Virus record (IMG/VR): IMGVR_UViG_3300037313_001714
Location: 1-64,000 of that record
Origin: a virus
Direction: 5' to 3' (one strand)
DNA: 64,000 nucleotides
The position numbers were made by a program, and so were the translations under genes. The notes under the pieces were generated by a model that saw only the letters and a list, made by a program, of their open reading frames with translations, made no database searches and had not been told where the DNA came from. Within the stretch, counting starts at the first letter, position 1; every line of letters starts with the position of its first letter. Positions 37,640 through 46,956 of this stretch are shown here, one piece after another.

Positions 37640-37864
37640 TCATTGCAGCCTCCCATGCAACAGCATGTCCAGGCGCGGCGCATCGTCGCCCAGCAGCCCG
37701 AACGCCTTCTTGCGCCGGCGCAGCTCCACACCCTTGAGCGCTGCGGCGCGGGCCTGCTCATGGTCGAACTGGTGCGCGCGGCGCAGCGCGTGCGCCTTCT
37801 TGCCCGCCGCCGACGAGATCTCCTGCAGCTGCGGCGTGCCTTCGATGTCGGCGAAGTAGCTCAT
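37640..37864 (-). CDS. KGG-repeat general-stress-like small protein
   Basis: 'FAD...QEISSAAGKKAHALRRAHQFDHEQARAAALKG' parallels the KGG-family EIASKGGKAAH...AHEF..EEAR.AG.KG pattern. Confidence 0.55.
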   Translation of the reverse strand: MSYFADIEGTPQLQEISSAAGKKAHALRRAHQFDHEQARAAALKGVELRRRKKAFGLLGDDAPRLDMLLHGRLQ

Positions 37865-38033
37865 GCGGCAAACGACAGTTGGTAGGCGACATACAGGAGC
37901 GTGACGCTGGCCACCACGATGCCCAGCAGGATCAGCAGGCCGCCGTAACCCTTGGCGGTGTCGGTGCCGCCGATCACGCCGACGAGGATGCCCCACACGA
38001 CGAGCATCACCGCCGTCACAAAACTGAAAATCA

Positions 38034-38516
38034 TCATTTCCCTTTCGAAAACCCGCCGCAGAGCAGGCGGGTGACATCCATGGTCTTGTCCGCGAAGCCG
38101 GGTGCGTCCAGCTTGGGCAATTCCCACGACAACGGGCCGCGATCCGGCTCGCGTTGTTTCTTGCGTGACGCGGACGCCTCGAGCACGCCCACGCGGCGCG
38201 CCCAGGCATCCAGGTGGTCGCGCGTTTCAGCCTGGCTCTCGCCGATCCACTGGCCCTGCTCGATCAGGCGTGCGCAGGTGTCGTAGAACCGGCGAAAGAC
38301 GTCCATTTCGTTCTCGTCGTCATCGAACGTCACCGGCCCGGCGATCGCGTCCGTTTCCTGCCAGCTGTCGGAGGCGCACCAGGCGATCATTCGCGCGCTG
38401 GTCCTTGCGGCCCATGCGGCGACCTGCTCCTTCGCGTCCACGTCGGATAAGGTCCAGGAAGCGGGGCGGTCCGTCCCGACGCCGAAGCCGAATCCGCGGA
38501 TGTGTCCAACTTGCAT
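38034..38516 (-). CDS. hypothetical protein
   Basis: 160 aa ORF in the operon. Confidence 0.5.
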   Translation of the reverse strand: MQVGHIRGFGFGVGTDRPASWTLSDVDAKEQVAAWAARTSARMIAWCASDSWQETDAIAGPVTFDDDENEMDVFRRFYDTCARLIEQGQWIGESQAETRDHLDAWARRVGVLEASASRKKQREPDRGPLSWELPKLDAPGFADKTMDVTRLLCGGFSKGK

Positions 38517-38708
38517 TTCAAGGCTCCCAGCAGTCGATCTCGTCCTGCACGGCCTGCTTGGGGTCGTCCCAGCGCAGCAGGTCCGGACCCCACAGGTCTT
38601 CCTGCATGCGCGCAGCCTCCTCAGAGGCAGCCAGCGCCGTGTCGTAGCCGCAGTCCGTGCACTCGACGAACTCCATGAAGTAGGCGGCGATCCATTGGTG
38701 GCGGTTCA

Positions 38709-39215
38709 TCAGAAGGTCCCCCAGCCGTGCAGCGTGGCGGTGCGCTCGGCATCGAGCGCCCGTGCCTGTTCTTCCAGCTCGCGCTGGCGGGCCTCGCGCT
38801 CGGCGAGCTTTTCCGGCGAGTTGTCGGGCATGTCCTTCACCCGGAAGTCGCCGACGAAGCTCGGGTAGTAGTCGTCGGTGTTGTGCGTGCCGACCTCGAG
38901 GACGACCTTGTCGTTCTCCAGACACACGAACTGCACGGCGTCGTGCGTCGTGCTACCGACCTCTGGCGTCTTCTGCCCGCGCACCCGCACGGGGTGGAAG
39001 CGGTTGATCTGCGGCACGTACGGCACCACCACGATCTCCTTCATGCAGCTGCGGTAGCCGTCCTCCGGGTCCTCGATCGCCTGGTAGCAGACGCCGTCCA
39101 GCTCGAAGGTGATCGTGCTGGCGTCGCCGCCACCGTAGTCGTTTGTGTTGGCGATCTGGGCGGTGTCCACGCCGGTCAGATCGAACTCCTTGCCGACGAA
39201 ATCGTCCAGCGTCAT
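38709..39215 (-). CDS. hypothetical protein, tail ...HGWGTF
   Basis: 'AIEDPEDGYRSCM', 'GTHNTDDYYPSF'. Confidence 0.7.
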   Translation of the reverse strand: MTLDDFVGKEFDLTGVDTAQIANTNDYGGGDASTITFELDGVCYQAIEDPEDGYRSCMKEIVVVPYVPQINRFHPVRVRGQKTPEVGSTTHDAVQFVCLENDKVVLEVGTHNTDDYYPSFVGDFRVKDMPDNSPEKLAEREARQRELEEQARALDAERTATLHGWGTF

Positions 39216-39559
39216 CAGAAGGTCCCCCAGCCCTGTTCCACGCGCTCGGCCTGCACGCGGGCTGCTGCCCGCGCCACCTCGCAGCGCGAGGTCGCCAGCG
39301 CGCACAGGGCGCGCGCCACGTCGGTCACGCCTTGTTGGCGGCCGGTGAGCGTGTCGGCGGGCGTGATGACCAGGCCCAACTCCTTCGTGAACCAGCCCTC
39401 CTGCGGTCCGGCCAGGACGTCGTCGTCCGGCGGGTTGGTGTCGAACGGCCAGGGCTTGCGCTTGGACAGCCCTGCCTTGAGGGCCGCGCGGTCGGCGGCC
39501 GCGCGCTGGGCTTCCCCGAACTGCATCAACGCCTCGATGTCATCGGCGAGCTTGCCCAT
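39215..39559 (-). CDS. hypothetical protein, tail ...QGWGTF
   Basis: Shares a 20-bp 3' end with the downstream gene. Confidence 0.6.
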   Translation of the reverse strand: MGKLADDIEALMQFGEAQRAAADRAALKAGLSKRKPWPFDTNPPDDDVLAGPQEGWFTKELGLVITPADTLTGRQQGVTDVARALCALATSRCEVARAAARVQAERVEQGWGTF

Positions 39560-39963
39560 CACAGCTCCCTCCAGCCGTTCTCGATCAGCCTGGTGCAGAA
39601 GCTGTCCATCATTTCCTTCGCGTGGGCGGGCGAGGCGCAGCCGCCGTGACTGCGAAAGCCGCGCAGCGGCTTGCTCACGTAGAAGCTCGACTCCTGCATC
39701 TGGCGCTCCACCACCATCGGTTCCTTCTTCCAGAAGAAGCGTCGCTCCATCGGCGGCTTCTCGCGGGCGATGCGGCCCGCCTCGCACATCAGCTCGCTGA
39801 CGTCCTCGCTCACCAGCCCGCTGACGGCCTTCCAGGTCGCGGCGATGCCGGTGGAGAACTGGCTGTCGGTCAGCAGCCCGTTGCGCACGGCCGCCATCAG
39901 CCAGTCGAGCGTTTCGACGGTCTTGCGGTCCAGCTCTTCGCGCACGCTCGGCAGTTGAGTCAC
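39559..39963 (-). CDS. hypothetical protein
   Basis: 134 aa; operator at 40039 upstream. Confidence 0.6.
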   Translation of the reverse strand: MTQLPSVREELDRKTVETLDWLMAAVRNGLLTDSQFSTGIAATWKAVSGLVSEDVSELMCEAGRIAREKPPMERRFFWKKEPMVVERQMQESSFYVSKPLRGFRSHGGCASPAHAKEMMDSFCTRLIENGWREL

Positions 39964-40060
39964 GGGTTACTCTTCCCTGAAAGCGGGCGATACCGCCCGC
40001 GAATGAACGCATCATAGAGAGTTGCGTCAGGAAAGCAAGTCAGCGGTGACTATTGCCGCA

Positions 40061-40699
40061 TCAGTGCACGAGGTGGCTCGAGTGCAGGAAGCCGGAGATG
40101 TTGCTCAACACCTGCATGGTGCGGCCGCAGGCGTTGTCCACGGCCTGCACGCGCTCGTCCAGGTCGGTGAGCAGCCGCGGCAGGTAGAAGTGCGCGCACT
40201 CCAGGCGCGGGTCCACCGTCAGGCCCAGGTACAGGCTGTTCAGGTGCTCGATGAACGCCGGGTTGGCCACCGCCTTGCCGTCGCGGCTCTCCTGCAGCGG
40301 GATGCCTGGCTGCACCAGGATCACGGTGGAGAACCACTTGTTGGTGGCGTCGAAGCAGGCCTGCACGTAGCAGGTGAAGCGGTCCTGCAGCTCCGGCGGC
40401 ACGCTGTCGCCGATCGCCTCGGCCATCGTGTAGCCCAGCATGTCGAGCGGCGTGCGGTCGGTGATCACCGTCAGGCCCGGCGGCGCCTGCGCGTAGAGCT
40501 GCTGCACGCCCGCCAGCACGATCTCTTGCAGCTGCAGGCGCGTGGCGAAGTCATAGCGGCCGGCCGCCGCAGGGTCGTAGCCCGCCGCGCGGATGATCTT
40601 GGACACCGAGGCGTCCAGGTAGACGCCTTCGATGAACTCCGCGTACTTCTTGGCGAGCGTGGTCTTGCCAACGCCCTGCGCGCCGACCAGGCCGATCAC
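40061..40699 (-). CDS. P-loop nucleotide (dNMP-type) kinase, AAA_28-like
   Basis: 'IGLVGAQGVGKTTLA', 'ITDRTPLD'; located next to dut and thyX. Confidence 0.7.
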   Translation of the reverse strand: MIGLVGAQGVGKTTLAKKYAEFIEGVYLDASVSKIIRAAGYDPAAAGRYDFATRLQLQEIVLAGVQQLYAQAPPGLTVITDRTPLDMLGYTMAEAIGDSVPPELQDRFTCYVQACFDATNKWFSTVILVQPGIPLQESRDGKAVANPAFIEHLNSLYLGLTVDPRLECAHFYLPRLLTDLDERVQAVDNACGRTMQVLSNISGFLHSSHLVH

Positions 40700-40847
40700 G
40701 ACGTGACCTCGCGCGCCTCGATCACGGCGTTGTCGCCGTGGTAGGAGGCCTTGTAGAGCTTTGCGCGGGCGAAGCTGATGGCCGAATCCGCGCTGTTCGC
40801 GCGGACCGTCGCCACCTTGTGGCCGTTGATGAAGATGGCCCACTCGA

Positions 40848-41291
40848 TCATGTGCCGGTACTCCCGAATCCATTCGTGCCGCGCACGGTGTTCAGGTCGA
40901 AGTCCTCGACCTCCTCGAACTGCGCGCGCAGCACCGGCTGCACCACGCCCTGGCAGATGCGGTCGCCGTGGTTCACGACGAAGGGGTGGCTGTTGCGGTT
41001 GATCAGGACCGCGTTCAGCTCGCCTTGGTAGTCGCTGTCCACCAGGCCCGCGCCCAGCCCGATGCACTTCACCGCGTCCATCCCCGAGCGCGGCCACAGG
41101 CACAGGCCGTAGTCGGCGTCGGCCAGGTGCAGCGCGATGCCGGTGGGCACCATCGCCGTCGCGCCCGGCGCGATCGTCAGCGGCTCGTCCAGGCAGGCGT
41201 GCAGATCGAACGCGGCAGCGCCGGGGCTGTGGTACTGCGGCACGATCGCGCCGGGGCGCAGCCGGCGCAGCTTGACGCGGATCTCCGTCAT
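40848..41291 (-). CDS. dut: trimeric dUTPase
   Basis: AAFDL, PRSG, VDSDYQGE, GDRICQ and RGTNGFGSTG motifs. Confidence 0.95.
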   Translation of the reverse strand: MTEIRVKLRRLRPGAIVPQYHSPGAAAFDLHACLDEPLTIAPGATAMVPTGIALHLADADYGLCLWPRSGMDAVKCIGLGAGLVDSDYQGELNAVLINRNSHPFVVNHGDRICQGVVQPVLRAQFEEVEDFDLNTVRGTNGFGSTGT

Positions 41292-41701
41292 GCCGAAGCG
41301 CTCGCGCTGCCGTCGGCCGGCTGGGCGGCCTGGTTCTGCACGGGCGCGCTGGTGTCCGCGGCGGCGCACACCACGCAGGCCGGGTCGTCACAGCTCGTCG
41401 CGGTCGTCGGCTGGGCGGCCTCTTCGGGCTGGGCGGCCGGTTCGTCGGGCGTGAGCAGGCCGGCGATCTTGCTGCCGATCGCCTTGGCCGCGGTGGACTC
41501 GGCGACGGAGTCGTAGGCCTTGCCGAGCGACACGCCGGCGTCGGTGAAGTGCTGCTGCGCCAGCTGCTCGTGGTGCTCGGCCACGGTCTTCAGCTGGCCG
41601 AGCGCGTCCTGGAACATGCCGAGGGCCGACATGACGGTCAGCTCCTCCTTCTTGAACAGGGCCTTGATGCGCGCCCACAGCGCGGCGATCGATGCAAACA
41701 T
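41288..41701 (-). CDS. hypothetical coiled-coil protein
   Basis: 137 aa ORF. Confidence 0.55.
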   Translation of the reverse strand: MFASIAALWARIKALFKKEELTVMSALGMFQDALGQLKTVAEHHEQLAQQHFTDAGVSLGKAYDSVAESTAAKAIGSKIAGLLTPDEPAAQPEEAAQPTTATSCDDPACVVCAAADTSAPVQNQAAQPADGSASASA

Positions 41702-41731
41702 GGGAAGCTCCTTTGGGTGACAGGAAAGGGA

Positions 41732-42568
41732 TCAGGCGAACTGGGCCTCGACGTCCGCCCGGAACTGGTGGAAGCCGCGGAAGTTCTTGCACCACGTCGC
41801 CTCTGGCAAGGCGTACGCGGGGTGCTCGGTGGGGCTGGCGTGCAGCGGCGCGCTGCCGACCAGCTTGTCGAAGAGGCCCAGGTCCTTCTGCGGGTCCGGG
41901 GTCGTGCCGTCGTGGTTCAGGTAGCTGACGCGCGCATTGCGCGCCGTCGAGAGCTTGGCCAGGAAGCGCGGGTCGTCGAAGTGCTCCCAGCGCTCGGCCT
42001 GCGTGATCCACGGCAGGTGCCAACCGGAGGCATTCACGGCGTTGCGCGAGAGCAGGATCTGCGGGTTGGTCGAAGCGGCCCGCGCGTCACTCATCAGGCC
42101 CGCCAGCTTCTTCATGTTCGGGTCCGCGTCCTCGTGGTCGCGCAGCGCGAAGAAGTTGGCCCACTCCGTCGCGGTGACGATCACGTTGATCCACTGGAAC
42201 GGCTCGAGGATGCGGTTGGCCACCTGCTTGTGCAGGCCCATGTCCATCATGCGTTGCGCGGTGTCGGCCGCGTCGCGCGCAGCCTGCAGCCACAGGGCCT
42301 TCGCCCGCTCGATGTCCTCGACTTCGGCGCGCGCCTGCATGCCAGGCTGGTTCTTGCCCCAGTGCACGGGCATGGCCGGCTCGTTGCGGACCTGCTCGAT
42401 CATCTTGGCGACCGGGATGGCGCGCGAACTCGAGGCGTTGCGGCTGAAAACGCGGTGCGTCATGAACTCCGCATGGACGAAGCGCGGGTAGCGCAGCTGG
42501 AACGTGATCAGCTCCTCGCCGTGCTCGGCCGAGACGCTGTGTTCGACGACTTTGGCGAGCCAGCTCAT
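41732..42568 (-). CDS. thyX: flavin-dependent thymidylate synthase
   Basis: 'EFMTHRVFSRNASSSRAIP', 'ARVSY', 'HASPTEH'. Confidence 0.92.
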   Translation of the reverse strand: MSWLAKVVEHSVSAEHGEELITFQLRYPRFVHAEFMTHRVFSRNASSSRAIPVAKMIEQVRNEPAMPVHWGKNQPGMQARAEVEDIERAKALWLQAARDAADTAQRMMDMGLHKQVANRILEPFQWINVIVTATEWANFFALRDHEDADPNMKKLAGLMSDARAASTNPQILLSRNAVNASGWHLPWITQAERWEHFDDPRFLAKLSTARNARVSYLNHDGTTPDPQKDLGLFDKLVGSAPLHASPTEHPAYALPEATWCKNFRGFHQFRADVEAQFA

Positions 42569-42867
42569 TGCGCGCCTACCTTTCGCTTACCCTTCTCCAG
42601 AAAGCGCATGGACACGAAGTGCATCAGCACGCTGCCGGTGACGGTGCTGGCCACGTAGATCGCACCCAGCTTGAGCAGGTCGGCCAGATGCAGGCCCTGC
42701 AGCGTCACCAGCCGAATCAGGAACAGGTTGCAGGCGAAGAACACGCCGTTGCTGAACACGCTCGCGATGGCGTGGTAGCCCAGGCTGCCGCTGTTGCGAG
42801 CGCGGCTGACCCATGTGAATGCGGCGTTCTGCAGGATCAGCAGCACCGCCCAAAGAAAAAGACTCAT
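42565..42867 (-). CDS. small multi-TM membrane protein
   Basis: Three hydrophobic segments. Confidence 0.6.
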   Translation of the reverse strand: MSLFLWAVLLILQNAAFTWVSRARNSGSLGYHAIASVFSNGVFFACNLFLIRLVTLQGLHLADLLKLGAIYVASTVTGSVLMHFVSMRFLEKGKRKVGAQ

Positions 42868-43024
42868 GGTGTTCCAGGGATCGGGTGGCTTCCGTCCTGG
42901 TCGTCGTCATCGTCCTCGTCGTCGTGCCAGCCGGCCCAGCCCAGGAAGGCCAGGATCACCAGCACGCCGGAGACGGCGCCCAGGATGAAGAAGAACAAAG
43001 GGGTGTCGGTGAAGGCGACGTCGG

Positions 43025-43285
43025 TCATGCCAGGCCTCCGTCGTTGGCCGCGAGCACGCTGGACATGCCGCGCAGGGCCCGGCGGGCCGTGTCGCCGCGG
43101 TCCTCGCCGCCGGCGGCGTAGAACTGCAGCGCGCGCACCACGTCGACCGCCGCGGTGGTATCCACCGACGGATAGCCGCCGTGCGCGGGCCGCTCAGCAG
43201 CAGGTGACTCTGCGCGTGCATTGAAGCCGTCGCGCACGACGACGGTGCGCACGCGCGCTCCAGTGAAAGGGACGATGGTTGCCAT
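43025..43285 (-). CDS. hypothetical protein
   Basis: GAGG SD; TATAAT plus operator at 43300-43322. Confidence 0.5.
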   Translation of the reverse strand: MATIVPFTGARVRTVVVRDGFNARAESPAAERPAHGGYPSVDTTAAVDVVRALQFYAAGGEDRGDTARRALRGMSSVLAANDGGLA

Positions 43286-43327
43286 AGCTGCCTCGCGGTG
43301 ATTATAGATCACCGCTGACTTACTCCA

Positions 43328-43654
43328 TCAACCCGCAGATGGCACTGCCGACTGCACCTTGAGCTTGCCGTGCAGCTCGGTGAGGTGGATCACGCCGTCC
43401 GGGTCGGTGAAGCCCGGACAGCCTTCCAGCTTCTCGGTGTGCACGACGGAGCCCTTGAAGACGAACTGCGCGGCCATGCAGCCGTAGGTGGGGTGCATGG
43501 CGATGGTCATCTCGTCGTACATCAGGTAGACGTCGCCGCTTGCCTCCTCGACCCACCACGGCTCGCCGAGCTTGCGCGCGTCGATCTGGATCTTGGGCGG
43601 CTCGGGCGGCGCCTGCATCCGCTGGAACAGGTCGGCCAGGTTGCCGTGGGCCAT
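43328..43654 (-). CDS. hypothetical protein
   Basis: GGGAG SD. Confidence 0.6.
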   Translation of the reverse strand: MAHGNLADLFQRMQAPPEPPKIQIDARKLGEPWWVEEASGDVYLMYDEMTIAMHPTYGCMAAQFVFKGSVVHTEKLEGCPGFTDPDGVIHLTELHGKLKVQSAVPSAG

Positions 43655-43708
43655 CTGCTTTCTCCCTATAAGGATTGGTTGAAAATTCCCGAAAAACGCG
43701 GCGTCGAT

Positions 43709-46168
43709 TTAGCTCGCCGCGGAGTTCTCGTTGAACGAGATCGGGCAGGCCCCGCCGGCGCAGCCCACGTGCTCGAAGCCCACGTCCTCCTTTTCGAGCG
43801 CGTCGGCCGCGATCGCCGCGGCGATCTGCTCGTACTCCTGCTTGGTGACGGGTTCCTCGGGCAGGTACTCGTAGGCGCTGGTGTCGGCCTGCGGCATCAC
43901 GCTGCAGCAGCGGATCGTCGACTGGCCGGCCAGCAGCGTGCGCTTGAACTCTTCGAAGGACACCCGCGCCGGGTCGTACTTCAGCGTGTAGGAGACCTGA
44001 TTGCCGCTCTCGCGCAGCGGCGTGACGCCGTCCTCTTCCACGCCCGTGATCCAGTATTTCTCGAGCAGCCGCAGCCACTGGTACTGCTCCTCGGGCGTCG
44101 CCTCCGCCGCGGTGACGAGCTTGTCGCCCATCCCGAGATCGCAGATGGTCGGGCGGGTCGGGAAACCCACGATGGTCGTGCCAGCGTAGACGCGCAGCTT
44201 GCGCACCGGGTAGCCCTTGGCGCGGTACTCTTCGATCAGCGGGTCGTCGTTGCGAAACTGCACCCAGCGCAGGAACTCGCGCATGGTCGGCAGGTGCGCG
44301 CCCTCGGTCAGCATGAACAGCTTGGAGGTGGTGCCGGCCGGCTTCATGGTGGTGTCGGTGTGCGGCACCGTGACGCCCAGCTCGGCGGCGTACCTGCGCG
44401 CCTCGTCCTGCACCGCGCGCTTGAAGCGCGACAGCATCAGCCAGAACGGCAGCGAGGCCTGCTCGTCGATCAGGTCGCGAAAACCGTATCCAAAGCGCGC
44501 CCAGGCGTACTCGTGAATGCCGGTCATGCCGACACCGATGCGGTTGGTGCGCTGGACCTCCTTCTTGTAGAGGGAGTCCATGAGATTCGTGCGCATCAGC
44601 GCACGCGTGGCCACCCGGAAGGCGTCCTCACAGTCGGCGTCGGCCGCCCACATCAGCTCGCACAGCTCCTCGCCGTCGTCCTCCTCGAGCGCGCGCTGCA
44701 CCGCGTGGTACGGCACCACGTCGGCGATCACGCAGTAGCCGCCCAGCATGTTCAGCACAATCTCGCCGCACGGGTTGGTGATGACCTTGTAGCGCTGGTG
44801 CTGCCAGCGCTCGCCCAGCACGCGCATGAGCGCATTGCCGCCCTCGTCCAGCTGGTAGCGCTCGGAGCGCGCGAAGTCGCCATCGAACAGGGCTTCGGTG
44901 CCTTCGTCGCTGTGCGTGAGCCGGTCCACCGTGATGAAACCCGGTTCGCCCGTGCCATCGAAGTAGGCCGCCTTGCAGACCGCCTCGAAGACGCGCCAGG
45001 CGTGCTCGGCCAGCGGATGGTCGACGGCGTTGCCGTCGAACTGCAGCTGCACCAGACGCCAGAACTCGCGGTCCACCGTGACGCTGTTGTTGCTCGACCA
45101 GAGAAAGCCACCGCGCTTGAGCTGGATGAAGCCGAAGATGGTCGGGTCGCGCCAGTCCTTGGTGGCCATGCGCGCGGCGCGCCGCGCCCCGCCCACCAGC
45201 ACGCACTCGGCCAGGTAGTGGTCGGCGAACATCGCCGCGCGCCAGGGCTCCATGCCCGCATCGCGCAGCTTGGCTACGTGGTTGATGGCGGTCATGAGCG
45301 GCCCCGGTCCGCTGGCGGGCCGGCCCTGCATGCCGCCGATCGGCGCGCCGCGCGGGCGCACCTTGCTGAAGTCGATCACGAGGACGCGGTCGCGCGCGCG
45401 CTGGTGCGCCATCACCTCCATCTGCTCGACCGCCTTGGCCCAGCCCTCGCGCGAATCGGGCACCTCGTAGACCACGGTCTGCGCCTGCGCGTACAGGTGC
45501 AGCGCGGTGCGCCGGTCCAGGCAGTGGATCTCCCCGGACAGCACGTCCGGGTGACTCTGGTCGCACACCGTCACCACCACCGGCAGCCAGTTCAGGTCGG
45601 CGACGATCATGTTGTCGTCGTAGGCGCGGCCCACGCCCGAGCCGTTCAGCAGCAGGTAGAACGACAGGAAGCTGGTCGCCGCGGTCGCGCAGTTGGTGAA
45701 CACCTCCATGTTGCGCTTGGGCTGGTCCTCGTCGCCGTGCTGCAGGTGGCGCCCCGACATCAGCAGGCTCGCCTGGCGCAGGTGGTGGTTGAGCGCTTCG
45801 AACTCGCGGGCGCGCCGCTGCATCGCGGTGACGTCCATGTCGCGGATCGGGTGCAGCAGGCTGTTGCCCATCGCCACCCGGTACGCCACGTCCTCCCAGC
45901 GCTCGACCTGAACTTCGCCGATCACGTTCAGCTGCACCTCCACCGCCAGGCCGTCGCCGTGCGGCACGTGGTAGCCGTCGATCACCAGCCCGAGGTGCTT
46001 GGCCTCGGCGGCGACCAGATCATCGAGGGCCGTGTCGTCCTGGCGCGGCACGACGATGGTCTTGACGTACTGCGGCACGGGCCGGGTGATCTTGCGGTTG
46101 ATGGTGCGGTCCGCGACCGCCTGGCCCATGCCAGGGGCGTACTCGCGTGCGGGGGTGACGGACGTCAT
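43709..46168 (-). CDS. nrdJ: class II (adenosylcobalamin-dependent) ribonucleotide reductase
   Basis: VFTNCAT, ITNPCGEI (thiyl Cys), RIGVGMTG, KPAGTTS, C-terminal CxxxxC; no nrdB in the window. Confidence 0.85.
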   Translation of the reverse strand: MTSVTPAREYAPGMGQAVADRTINRKITRPVPQYVKTIVVPRQDDTALDDLVAAEAKHLGLVIDGYHVPHGDGLAVEVQLNVIGEVQVERWEDVAYRVAMGNSLLHPIRDMDVTAMQRRAREFEALNHHLRQASLLMSGRHLQHGDEDQPKRNMEVFTNCATAATSFLSFYLLLNGSGVGRAYDDNMIVADLNWLPVVVTVCDQSHPDVLSGEIHCLDRRTALHLYAQAQTVVYEVPDSREGWAKAVEQMEVMAHQRARDRVLVIDFSKVRPRGAPIGGMQGRPASGPGPLMTAINHVAKLRDAGMEPWRAAMFADHYLAECVLVGGARRAARMATKDWRDPTIFGFIQLKRGGFLWSSNNSVTVDREFWRLVQLQFDGNAVDHPLAEHAWRVFEAVCKAAYFDGTGEPGFITVDRLTHSDEGTEALFDGDFARSERYQLDEGGNALMRVLGERWQHQRYKVITNPCGEIVLNMLGGYCVIADVVPYHAVQRALEEDDGEELCELMWAADADCEDAFRVATRALMRTNLMDSLYKKEVQRTNRIGVGMTGIHEYAWARFGYGFRDLIDEQASLPFWLMLSRFKRAVQDEARRYAAELGVTVPHTDTTMKPAGTTSKLFMLTEGAHLPTMREFLRWVQFRNDDPLIEEYRAKGYPVRKLRVYAGTTIVGFPTRPTICDLGMGDKLVTAAEATPEEQYQWLRLLEKYWITGVEEDGVTPLRESGNQVSYTLKYDPARVSFEEFKRTLLAGQSTIRCCSVMPQADTSAYEYLPEEPVTKQEYEQIAAAIAADALEKEDVGFEHVGCAGGACPISFNENSAAS

Positions 46169-46254
46169 GAGGCGTGCTTTCCTTGTGCTTTTCGGGAGGG
46201 GGAGCGTGAGTCTAGCCAAGTCACCGATGACTTACTATAAGCGGCGGAATTAAT

Positions 46255-46923
46255 TCACCACGCCTGCTCGTCGCTGCCCTCCGGGATGTCATTGGTCGTG
46301 GACTTCTCAACGGTTTCGGCCTTTTTCGCGGACGACAGCAGACCGGCGCCGGTGATCACCCAGGCGCCCTCGAGAAAGGTGTATTCGGTGCCGGTGTTGG
46401 CGTCGTAGAAGCGCGCGCCTTTCACCAGCGTCACGCCGGGCGGCAGCTGGGGCTCCGGCGGCATCGAAACGATCGAGCCGATCCCGCTACCGAGCACTCC
46501 CTTGAAGGCCTCCTTCATGGCCTTTTCGTCGAATTCATCTGTGGAGATGGTCAGCGACGGCATGGTCGGCGCGGCCGCGGTGAGCCTCGGATCGTTGGGC
46601 TCCAGAAACCTATAAGGATTGATGGCCGGCCTCGAAAAAGCCGGCGACGGAATGTCGTGTTTGCAAACGACGCGGTCCTTGCAGGCCGCGCGGATCGTGA
46701 TGACGCGCTGGTCGCGGTGGTAGATGGGCGGATGTTCGTGCTTCGTGATCTCCATGTGCTCGCAGCCTGCACACCCGGGTCGCTCTTCGGCCACCGCGTC
46801 CCGCAGACGCTCTTCGTGGGCCTTCACGCGCTTGGCGAAGTAGTCGCTGCCCTTGAACATGCGCTCGAGGCTTGACTGCGTCACGTCCACCCGCAGGTCT
46901 TGGTCAATCAGTCGCTTGCCCAC
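46255..46923 (-). CDS. hypothetical protein, tail ...SDEQAW
   Basis: GTG start; CxxC motif; operator at 46937. Confidence 0.6.
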   Translation of the reverse strand: MGKRLIDQDLRVDVTQSSLERMFKGSDYFAKRVKAHEERLRDAVAEERPGCAGCEHMEITKHEHPPIYHRDQRVITIRAACKDRVVCKHDIPSPAFSRPAINPYRFLEPNDPRLTAAAPTMPSLTISTDEFDEKAMKEAFKGVLGSGIGSIVSMPPEPQLPPGVTLVKGARFYDANTGTEYTFLEGAWVITGAGLLSSAKKAETVEKSTTNDIPEGSDEQAW

Positions 46924-46956
46924 GGTCTGACTCTATCTCACGGGTGACTTAGCCAC

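Noticed and set aside
43370-46240. 956-aa plus-strand ORF, and similar long shadow ORFs at 5816-8263 (-), 48289-50430 (+), 57861-60029 (+) and 28005-29624 (+)
   Set aside because: They are antisense to well-supported genes (nrdJ, helicase, sbcC, dnaE). Long stop-free antisense frames are expected in high-GC3 DNA, and the translations lack domain motifs.
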